This document shows, one piece after another, positions 52,820 through 63,447 of a stretch of 64,000 nt of DNA (positions are counted from its first letter, which is position 1; each line of letters starts with the position of its first letter). Under the pieces are notes generated by a model. That model did not search any database. It was not told where the DNA came from and saw only the letters and a list, made by a program, of their open reading frames with translations. A program made the position numbers and the translations under genes. Origin of the DNA: Haliotis rubra (Eukaryota); NCBI RefSeq assembly GCF_003918875.1, contig NW_025764891.1, positions 8,742,001 through 8,806,000 on the forward strand, written 5' to 3'.

Positions 52820-53036
52820 CGTCAACGTCGAGATTCCACATCAGAGCTGAGTGGCCCTGGGTATCTCTCAGACCTGATGACAATCTCCAGCTCTGATGAT
52901 GAGTCCAGCGAGGAGGAAAACAAGGTCCGGGGCAACTGGAGCGGGAGGTTTGAGTTTGTCCTGTCCTGTCTGGGATACATTGTTGGACTGGGAAATGTCT
53001 GGAGGTTCCCCTACCTTGTCTACAGGAATGGCGGTG
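52820..53036 (+). CDS. SLC6 (NSS) Na+/Cl--dependent amino-acid transporter, glycine/proline-transporter-like; exon encoding N-terminal tail and TM1
   Basis: Translates [10 protein letters not shown]...[40 protein letters not shown](G), containing the SLC6 signature [10 protein letters not shown]. Acceptor ttttattttt-gcag ends at 52819 (phase 0); donor G|gtaagt at 53037 (phase 1). In-frame ATG at 52877. Confidence 0.96.
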
Positions 53037-53449
53037 GTAAGTATTACTATGTCAGGATTAACAGATTAAATTAGTACTATGAAAACATCAGATGATCCTA
53101 AATTTCCTTGAGTAGTACGTGTAAATGTTTGCTGTACCATGTTAAAGTTAAGCACCCAATACCATTTAACATTCATTGGGAAAATGTTTTTGGATTCAAG
53201 GGGAGACTAGGCTATTGTTTTAAGAACTCTCTTTAGGGGATTGGATGGTCAGACTTGGTGCATTACCTGCTTGCGGCCCATTGTCAGCCAATGGTGTTTG
53301 ACATTGTGATGGTTTCAGCAGTGGTGGTGTTTTCAGTGTCTGGTACAGACTTGATTATTTACATACTGTAGTCTTGTTGTAATAATGATGTTCAATCATG
53401 CTGTCATGGGTGGCTCTCTTAGCTAATTGGTTTAAGGTGCTTGTGATAC

Positions 53450-53850
53450 TATAAGTTGTTCACTGGTCATGAGGGTACATCAACACATGGGCCCGAGGGA
53501 CCAGTGAACAACGTATTTATCTTACCGAACACCTTAACGTTAATTTTGAATTGTTTGAAGCATGGGTACAAATCCTTTTGTAGCCATCGCTAGATTTTGC
53601 TGATAAGAAAAACAGATTTAGAGTTATCTCCCTTCCATCGATTTGCATTCGCAAAACATCGGTAATTTCCGTACATCATACGTGATTCAATGTTATTCAA
53701 GATAAAGAATTACTACCATGAAGTACCAAATGAGTTCCCATTGACAGCGGGGTACATTGAAATGTTACTCGCTTGTAAGCAGGGTACATTGAAAATAATG
53801 GAAGAGCGCTCAGCCAATCAGAAAGCGACATTTACGTGTGAGGTAAGATA
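53450..53850. mobile_element. Unclassified non-autonomous DNA element with terminal hairpin
   Basis: gttgttcactggtc...gaccagtgaacaac hairpin, then a segment bounded by the inverted ttatcttacc / ggtaagataa. Confidence 0.5.
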
Positions 53851-55029
53851 AAGATAGTTGTGTCTCTTGGCTTCCAGGAAGCAGAGTTTTTGAGAATAGC
53901 CCCAATGATGAACTTTGGTTTACCAAACTATAAATGTGCAGGTTCATTTCGCTTAAGTATTGACTTTTACAGCTTTTGTAAATGTTGATAAGAGAGCTCA
54001 AACTAATTCTTTCACTAATTTGTAAACATATGTTGATGCTTAATCATTTCAAAGCCATTTCCTATATGAGGGGTCTAGTAGATTAACTGACTGCCATGAG
54101 AGTTGAAGTCATACCAAGAGACCATTACAAGATGGTATATGTACTTCTTGTTACCTGATCTGGTTTTCTGCTTAAAAGGGGGAAAACAAGCTGTCTGATT
54201 TGGCTAGCCCTATTAAGTTGATGTCAATCCAGATACGTACAGGAAGACACATGCCTGACCTGACCTGACCTGACCATCACCTCACCATTGTAAAAAGAAT
54301 TCACACCCTACATAGAATTCTTTCAGAAAACATCCTGTTCATTTTGGTGCATAAACCCCAACTCCCTCCGTCATTCACTCACTCTCAATCCATCTGACAT
54401 TTACAGCAGTATCAAACCCTTGTTACTCACTCATTCCATTCACCTCAGAGCAAGCACCCTAATAATTCAATTACAAGAACATCCTCCATGCTGAACAAAT
54501 AATTTACAGAAATACCAAAGTTGGAACAACTTTTTTAAGATTAGGTAAGACAATTTTACGAGAGTAGACCTGTCACTCTCTCTCATTTTCCATTAATAAG
54601 CTCATGTGTCCCTTAACTACATGCTCTCCCTGGTAATTTGGTGAAAGGACAGTTTCCCTGTGGCACAGGCTGGATCAAGCCTCCATCATGAAAGGTGGTG
54701 GTGTACTGTAACCTGAACAGAGGTCATTAGCAGAACCCAAGACAGAAAGGGCAAACGGTGATGAAAAGGAGTAGAAATTAAGGTCTCATTACAGCAGTCT
54801 GAAAGTACCGGGTACAGGAATATACATTCTGCGATCAAGACGCCCCAACATTGATGACGTGGATGAACCCACGAAAATGTATTGCATTGACGTCTTATCT
54901 GGGGGTGGTAGATTCTATTGATTTTTGGAAACATATTAAATGTCTGCCTTCCTGTATGTACTGATTTAAGGTGACCCATTTTGACTGAAGTCCTATTACA
55001 GTTCCACAGTGATTAGCTGATGCCCCTGA

Positions 55030-55930
55030 ATTGACAGATCCCTAAAGTATTCCGGGGTGATTCCCTGTCACACCTGTAGTGATTGAAGTCAGTCATAAAG
55101 TAGTTCATATTGATTCCTTGACATATCTGCATGGATGGAAGTCTACAGATACTACAACAACTATTCACTGGCACACCTGTACTGACGGAAGTCCTTCGTT
55201 AGTTCCAAAATATTTCCCTGACACATCTGTAGTGAGGGAAGTCCTAAGGTAGTTCCACATTGACTCCCTGACATACCTGTAATGACTAAAGTCCTAGGGT
55301 AGTTCCACAATGACTCCTTAACACACCTGTAATGATAAAAATCCTAGGGTAGTTGCACAATGTTTCCTTGACACACCTGTAGTGACAAAAGTCCTAGGGT
55401 AGTTCAACAATGACTCCTTGGCACACCTGTAATGACAAAAGTCCTAGGGTAGTTCCACAATGATTCCCTGACATACCTGTAATGACAAAAGTCCTAGGGT
55501 AGTTTGACAATGTATCCTTGACACACCTGTAGTGACAAAAGTCCTAGGGTAGTTCCACAATGATTCCCTGACATACCTGTAATGACAAAAGTCCTAGGGT
55601 AGTTCGACAATGTTTCCTTGACACACCTGTAATGACAAAAGTCCTAGGGTAGTTCCACAATGTTTCGTTGACACACCTGTAGTGACAAAATCACGCTGAA
55701 GACCCGGGTTCGATTCCCCACATGGGCACAATGTGTTAAGCCCATTTCTGGTGTCCCCCGCCATGATATTGCTGGAATATTGCTAAAAGCGGCGAAAACT
55801 AAACTCAGTCAGTCAGTCAGTCAGTGACAAAAGTCCTAGGGTAGTTCCACAATGATTCCCTGACATACCTGTATGAAGTCTACAGATGCTACAACAGCTA
55901 TTCCCTTACACACCTGTACTGACCAAAGTC
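55030..55930. repeat. 50-bp minisatellite in the SLC6 intron
   Basis: gtcctagggtagttccacaatgattccctgacatacctgtaatgacaaaa; spacing 55441 to 55491. Confidence 0.93.
55691..55823 (+). mobile_element. 5'-truncated SINE family A inserted in the 50-bp minisatellite
   Basis: Flanked by the duplicated gtgacaaaa from the repeat unit. Confidence 0.88.
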
Positions 55931-56213
55931 AAAGGACAATTCTACATTGGTTCCCTAGTATCCCTGAAGTTACTGAATTCCAGAGATAGCTCCACAACTG
56001 TTCTCTGGTCACATCATAGTCCTGATAGAAGTCCTATGCTAGTTTATAATCAGTGGAACCCAAAAAATACACTGCTTTCCTTATGACATGCTAACATCAT
56101 TTGTCCCTACCATGTTATTGCTGTGTATTTGCTAAAAGGCAAGTTAATGTCACCACACTTCACTCACCCCGACCAGGGTAAACCCAACTCATTGATACTG
56201 TTCACTATTCTAG

Positions 56214-56345
56214 GTGCGTTCTTCATCCCCTATCTGATAATGCTGGTGTTCTGTGGCATCCCCTTGGTGTACATGGAGCTGGCCTTTGGGCAGTATGCCA
56301 GTCTTGGACCTATCACCATCTGGAGAGCAGTGCCACTGTTTAAAG
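56214..56345 (+). CDS. SLC6 transporter exon encoding TM2 (132 bp)
   Basis: ttcactattctag|GT GCG TTC... gives (G)[43 protein letters not shown](G)|gtaagg. Phase 1-1; joins the previous exon in frame to give the canonical NGGGAF. Confidence 0.96.
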
Positions 56346-56899
56346 GTAAGGCTGTTGGTTTTTCAGCATTATCTTCCTCTGAAACAACAAGGTCGTGATG
56401 ACATAACAGGGCTCAACTGAAGGATTTACACCTTGCAAACTGAAACTGCAAATTTCAGCCATCATATTGATGCCACCTTGCACCCAAAGCATGTTGATAT
56501 TTTGCTGTTCAAAGAACACAGACTTCGGCTGAAAAGCTTAACTTTGAGGAACAGACTTTGAACAGTGACTGATGACTACACATTGTTGCTGTTCATGTGA
56601 TGCAATTTTATGAAATATGATAAAATGATCTGACCCAGAATGATTTAGTTAAATGCTGTTCTAATTCATCAATACCTATACTCAAGCACTGTATATAACT
56701 CTAGCAGCAGGTGCAACCAGCTTTTGTCTGGTGTAACAAGGTTATTACCTATGGTTGCACGGAAAGTACTTTTCATTTTCTGAAGTCAAGCCCTGTATGA
56801 CACTGTATACAATGTGCTGTAAGTGTCTTTATGACCCCATTGAACTCCACTGGTTGTGTAGCCTAGTGCTTGGTTAAAGCATTTACTTATCATGCTGAT

Positions 56900-57252
56900 G
56901 ACCGCCTCTGTGGTGTAGTGGTTAGAGCGTCCGCCCGGGAGAGCGGAAGGACGCGGGTTCGATCCCCGACCGCGTCATACCAAAATACGTTAAAATATGG
57001 TACTTGTTGGTCCCTGCCTGGCGCTCGGCATTAATGGGTACAACAAGGACTGGTCGGCCCGGAGTCAGTATAATGTGTCTGAGTGGGGTATTCATGCTTC
57101 ACTGTGGCATGGTATCTCAGTGAGCTAGCACTATAAAACCAGCTTAAGTCTGGGCTAGTACAAGCAGCCACACATACACATACACACGCATGCACGTCGT
57201 CATATGAGCGAAATATTCTCAAGCATGATGTTAAACCCAATTTCACCTCACC
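56900..57252 (+). mobile_element. tRNA-derived SINE family D (resembles molluscan MESC-type SINEs), inserted in an old family A copy
   Basis: A box tggtgtagtgg, B box ggttcgatccc, (cacct)n tail, TSD tatcatgctgat. Confidence 0.88.
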
Positions 57253-57642
57253 TATCATGCTGATAGCCTCAGTTCAATTCGACACATGGGCAACGTAATA
57301 TTATTGGAAATATCATTTATAGATAATAGTATTCTCCAGTCCTATATTTGCCAGGGCATGTGTATTCGACATTGCTCAGATATTTCATCAGATCCCATTC
57401 TGAAATTTGGCGTGAAATGAGTGAATTGGCCACAGTGCAACATTCTATAGAACGTGTATAGAAAGTAGCCCATCATTAAAGTGAGCTACAGCATATTGTT
57501 CGATGTATGACCCTTGTCTGTATTCAAACTGTCTTGCAGATACAGCTGCTGATTACAAATCCTTATATATCATTTAATTTCAGTGGAGGAATATATACTT
57601 ATTAAAAGAAATTAAGGAAATGTCATAACATATAGACATACT

Positions 57643-57949
57643 AGGTGAGGTGAGGTGAAATTGGGTTTAACGTCGTGCTTGAGAATATTTTGCTCATATG
57701 ACGACGTGCATGTGTGTGTATGTGTATGTGCTTGTACTAGCCCAGACCTAAGCTGGTTTTATAGTGCTAGCCCACTGAGATACCATGCTGCAGTGAAGCA
57801 TGAATACCCCACTCAGACAAATTATACTGACTCCGAGCTGACCAGTCCTTGTTGTACCCATTAATGCCGTGGTATGACGCAGTCGGGGATCGAACCGGCG
57901 ACCTTCCGCTCTCTGGTCGGACGCTCTAACCACTACACAACAGAGGCGG
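57643..57949 (-). mobile_element. SINE family D, inverted copy with an internal deletion
   Basis: Reverse complement of 56900-57252, lacking about 45 bp after cgtcatacca. Confidence 0.88.
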
Positions 57950-58985
57950 TGTTTGTGTGGGTGTTTACACCGCACTCAGCAATATTCCTGCTACATGGCG
58001 ACGATCTGTAAATAATTGAGTCTAGGCCAGACAATCCAGTGATCAATAGCATGAGCATCGATCCAAGCAAATGGGATACAATAACATGTGTCAACCAAGT
58101 TAGCGAGCCTGACCACCCGATCCAGTTTGTCGCTTCTTACGACAAGCATGGGTTGCTGAAGACCAAATCTAATCCGGATCTTCACGGTTCAGGCATACCA
58201 TGACAGGGCCTCAAAAACGTGTTTGAGTAGTATATCCTTGAGTGTTGTCGTAATAACATGCATTTTTAGAATAATTTCCAGAATTCTAAGTGTCTTCATT
58301 TTTTTCTTTGTATTTAATTCTTTTCGTTTGCGCTGAAAACATTTTCTTGATAAGGTGTGCATCATGGCAGTCAGGAAAAATCTATAAAACAAGACATGGA
58401 GTTGGAGAGGCAATACAAAGCCGGATTAGATGTGTGGACAGGCACTGTCTCCCACACATGCCTCGCCCTCTCCTGACATGAATAATGTCCACACTCCCTT
58501 GGATGTACTTGAGTCACCCAGAATAACCTCGCTACACATAAACATGTCACACAAGTCTCCTAAAATCTAATCTTACCCCACCTAGACAAGGCATTCCTTG
58601 GGCTGTTGTGTCATTAATTGTTTCAGGTAACTATGTCACTGTTATATGGTGGGACTGTATTTCATTCTTGGGGCATGGTGGTTTTGATCATGAGGCTGAG
58701 AGTACTTGAATATTCAATATACAGGTGTAGGCATGTGGTTAATGGAAATGTATTCCTAGAAATATGAAATACAGTTAAATTACTTTTAATCCTGGAATGT
58801 TCCATGCCAGTTTGCATAGGGACAGGAGGCCCAAAATAACTTGGTTTGATGCTTAACTCCTAGAAATATATATATATCCCCCCCCAAAAAATCGTGCTCA
58901 TCATAATTTGTGTGTAGGTAGCTTGTCCATTAAGTCAGAACATAAACCTATTTTGGTTTTTCATAATTCCTTTTATAAAAAGCAG

Positions 58986-59153
58986 GGTGGTGGGGTAGCC
59001 CAGTGGTTAAAGCATTGGCTCGTCACGCCGAAGACCCGGGTTCGAATCCCCACATGGGTACAATTTGTGAAGCCAAATTCTGGTGTCCCCCGCCGTGATG
59101 TTGCTGGAATATTGCTAAAAGCGGCGTAAAACCAAACTCAGTCAGTCAGTCAG
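58986..59153 (+). mobile_element. SINE family A
   Basis: Near-consensus copy; TSD tataaaaagcag. Confidence 0.92.
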
Positions 59154-61276
59154 TATAAAAAGCAGATTATTACTTGGAGTTGAGTTGTCTATTACAGACA
59201 ATAGCAATTAACTTGACTATGTGGGCTGTATTTGAGCAGCACCAGCCGTCAGTGCCCACATTTCACAACTTTAATGACTCTGTCTCAAAAGTTGGTTGAT
59301 CTGCATTACAGTGTTCAAGGCGTCAGAAAAACTTGCAAAAATATTTATGATAGACATGTGGAGGACATTTCAGAATTTGACATATCAGCGGCAAATATTA
59401 TGTCTGATGCAATTCTGTATTCTGATTAGTCTGTCTTACAATCCCTGAACCATATTTGCCCTATAGCCTAGTCCTCCCTGCAATGCTAAAGCCCTGAATG
59501 AAGCATGTCTAGATTTCCTCAGGATCTGAATCTCTGGTCTCCCTGCGGCTCCTTTTCAATTTAAATGGGTTTATTTGTTACAATCAAAATTATATATATT
59601 CAGAGACTAAGCATTAGTCTATATTCTGATTTGCCCTGTATGTTCCCATGTTTTACAGGTGAACAGTTGGCATGCCTTTGCATGTGTTTTTGATGAGTGC
59701 CGCCATAGGGCAGGGTTTGTTTACCTATTCACAAACACATGATGTCATCCACATATGATAGTATTTCATGCACATGCACACTTCTCTTAAAGATTTGTTA
59801 TGATTATAGAAATTGTAGAAATCTTTTTGTTGTGTAGTCCCCTGCTGTGATATTGCTGGAATATTGCTAAACGTGGAGTAAAGCTAAACTCACTCACTTT
59901 ATTTGTTTAGGGATGGGCAGATATAGGTCTTGAAAGTCATTTAGAAGTTGGACGAACATGAATACATGACAAGTTTTTAGCTACTTCTTAGATCTGAAAT
60001 GTTGTGTAAAGAATAAAAAGAAGTTGTTATCCATAAAAACGTGTCATGTATTGATGGGCAAATGCTTAAAAAAGATAACATATTGGCCTGATATGTGAGC
60101 ATGTTTCTCCGTGTTGATGTTCACTGAATTGATGACTAAGAAAAACATTCAAGGAATGGATTTGATATAATTTTAACGAACATAAAAAGGATTGTTAAAT
60201 ACTGATGTGTCAAAATGGGTAGGTACTGCTTTTAGCCAAGGTTGTCAAGACCATGTGTGTTTGATTAGGAGTTGAGAAATGTTCTTGACAAGACGGAAGA
60301 CTTCAGTTACAAGGAGATGACATCATAGTCAGGGAGGATGTGCTCAAGAGGCTCTACTTCTGCACCTGGTGGGATAGGAGAAGCAGGACTGGCTTCTTAG
60401 AACATCAAATAGTAAACAGAACAAGAAAAAACATCGATCCAATCAATGTCAGAATCCAGTTCTTCTGTAAAATGAGAAATTTTAACACACCTACGTTGCT
60501 ATGTGTGTGGTGAAGTTTGAAAAATTGATTTTCAAAGATTATTCATGAACTATGTTTTTTGGTGAGATCAAGTGTATCTCTTGGTGTCAACATGCCAAGA
60601 GGCAGACAACACTGTGAGGAGTTCTGGTTATTCTGGAATGAAGCTAATACAAAACTACTGGCAATTACTTTCTCAAATTAGTCATTTATTATCAGAGTTT
60701 TTTTACCATTACTTTAACATGAGTATGATAATCTGTATAACAAAAAACAAATGAATCTGACTTGAGAAATATCCATTTTCATCAGTCAACAAGAATGGGA
60801 AGGTGATATTTGAAGGTGAGAATCATATGTTATCATTGAGAATGATTTATTCAAAAACACACACAATGAAATGATTAGGGGTATTTGAATATTTAAATGA
60901 CACAAATATATATATCGTTATTGTTCATGAGAGAACTTGAAAGTAATACTGTAGGGTAATTTTCCTTTCTTAGAAAAAGACGCGGGGTAATTCTTACCTG
61001 TTTATTAATGCAGCTTGCCAGTGTTTATAGCTGAGTTTTCAATACAGTTCATATCATGTGCTCAAGGGAAGGTGAGGTGACTTTATCATAGTACTTTGCG
61101 TTAGAGATTGAGATGAAAAAGACAAAAGGGGCATTTTCAAACAAATAAAATTTCATACAATTATACTGTTGCCCAACTTTATAATGTTATTACAATTCAA
61201 AGTTACGTCACAGTAATCTCGCCCTGTAGATAAGTTTCTATGTTTCTTTCCATGGATGTATTCAGAACTGCAAAGT

Positions 61277-61587
61277 GGAGCACAGTGGTGTAGTGGTTAG
61301 CATGCTGGCCTCTCACACCAAAGGCCCAGGTTCGAATCCCGATGGAGACACCAAAATTTGTGATTTGGGTCTCATACTGTGTTGTGTCCCTGGGCAAAGC
61401 ACTTTGTCCACATTGCACTCAGTCCACCCAGCTGTTCAAAATGGGTACCTGAGAAGCGGATGTAAGGACCTATACGGGGCTTAGTAGCAGCTTTGAAAGT
61501 ACAATTCCATCAGGGTAATAATGTAATGCCAGAGAACAGCATTGAGTTGGATCCGAAGCGCAAAAATTAGCATTTATATTATTATTA
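61277..61587 (+). mobile_element. tRNA-derived CORE-type SINE family E
   Basis: A box tggtgtagtgg, B box ggttcgaatcc, CORE-like gtgtccctgggcaaagcactt...ctcagtccacccagctgttcaaaatgggtacc, (tta)n tail. Confidence 0.8.
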
Positions 61588-61665
61588 AAGTTAGTTAGTA
61601 TTGCTAGATAATAGAATTATGTTTGATATCTCTGGGATGGATTAGCCTGCTGTCTGTATTGTGAA

Positions 61666-61830
61666 GGTGCGGTGGGGTAGCCTAGTGTCTAAGGCGTTCG
61701 CTCGTCACGCCGAAGTCCCGGGTTCGATTCCCTACATGGGTACAATGTGTGAAGCCCATTTCTGGTGTCCCCCGCCGTGATATTGCTGGAATATTGCTAA
61801 AAGCGGCGTAAAACCCAACTCACTCACTCA
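61666..61830 (+). mobile_element. SINE family A
   Basis: Near-consensus copy; TSD ctgtattgtgaa. Confidence 0.92.
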
Positions 61831-62043
61831 CTGTATTGTGAAACCATTCCAGGAGACCTCAGCTGTTGTTTGAATATTGCCTTGAACTGCAGAAACTTAA
61901 AACCATATGCTCTCACACAACTATAACTTTGTAAGAATAAGTTATCTCATAAGTAAATTATTGTTAGATTTTTCTGTTTCCATCCATGATAGACATGAAT
62001 CAATTATTGATGGATTTTATAACCAGAGTACTAGTTCAGAACA

Positions 62044-62282
62044 TAGGGTGGAAATAACTTTAAACTTGCTAGTGTACTCCGGTACAGTTTCACATGTAAA
62101 ATCACTTGCCCCGATAAGTTTCCCACTATACCAGCCGTCTTCTTGTTGATTTCTTAAATAAACAACATAATTAACATTAGAAAGTCAACTGGACACCGGT
62201 ATTGGGTGATATACAAATTTGCTTGCCTGACAGAAAAAAACACTGGACTCGGACATCGGGCAATGGGTTATTTCCACCCCTG
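62044..62282. mobile_element. hAT-like MITE
   Basis: tagggtggaaataac ... gttatttccacccctg inverted termini; TSD unclear. Confidence 0.5.
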
Positions 62283-63447
62283 GGAACACCATGTTATAAT
62301 CACAGGCTTATTATTCTCTAGTTGGTATATTTATGTGGAGAAATGATCAACTGGAAAAGAAGCTGTTGTTGAAGAAAATATCCTATCTGCTTGATTTCTC
62401 ACAACACACGTGCAGTCTGAGTTGGTGCCAAGGCAAATATATCTTACACTCAAATCATCCTGTGTGATAAATATTCTAATGTAAGCATTTAAAACATGAA
62501 AGAGCTCTTCCAGGCTAAATGCTTTGTTTTAATGACATGAAATGAAAACTGTGCGTAAACATTTCCACTTCAGTGAGCAAAGTCTCTGCACAAATGAAAG
62601 TTAGGTGTTTTTCTTATGTAAGAAAATAATTAAACTTGGGAGATGATGATTTTGTTTGAAGACAAAAGTTTCAAACTATTTTTGTAGATAGAAGTATAGG
62701 TCTTATTTTAGGCTGCACTACCATACATGCTTTATGTTTATGAAACTGCCAAACTTGAAGTTTTAGAAAATAGAACATAAATACTAATTAAATGCTGTTT
62801 TTTGCAATGCTGTCACTTATCTTTTTCCTATTTAAAAGACTTAAGTTTTCAAACCCGAAAGTTTTTTCAATAAATAGACTAACAGTGTGTTGTCCTTATG
62901 TCAAATAATGCAAAAACTTATGTAAATTCTTAACAAAACAGTTTTTCATGTAAAGAAAAATACAAAAATAAGGGAATGGACTATTTTCAGTTGAGAAAAG
63001 CACCTGGTTACATTTTGATTGACTTGCACTAACTTTTTTTTCTTTAAATGACTTGGCATAGCCAAATGTTTTGTTAATGTTTTCAAAACCCAGTGAACTC
63101 TCTAGTCCTGGTGAACTGGAAGATGTGGGTGAGATGAAGACAGTATAACAAGGAACAGGTGAAGTTCAGACGCCTCTGTGCACACTGTGTGGGTGTGTTT
63201 AATCATTGTACACTTAGTTTTCAAGGTGTATCCATCAGGGTTATGTCGTACTGTTGGAGGCTAGTATTAACACACTACTTAGTCTCTTCCACTGCATTAG
63301 GCTGATGTGGATGGATGCCTTATATTTTCACGTATCTATTTACATACAAAATGTGCTGTATGCTACTTAACTCTTTGTCACAGGAATTGTGTTTCTTTTT
63401 GTACTGAATCCTTTGTATTTGTATTGTTTCTATTCCCTCTGGTACAG

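Noticed and set aside
52820-56345. Assigning a specific gene symbol (SLC6A9, SLC6A5 or SLC6A7)
   Set aside because: Two exons place it in the glycine/proline amino-acid subfamily, but orthology cannot be resolved without the full protein and a phylogeny.
56900-56975. tRNA gene-like sequences (also 61277-61350 and family A heads)
   Set aside because: They are SINE heads: each continues into a SINE body and tail, often with a TSD, and lacks a proper acceptor stem.
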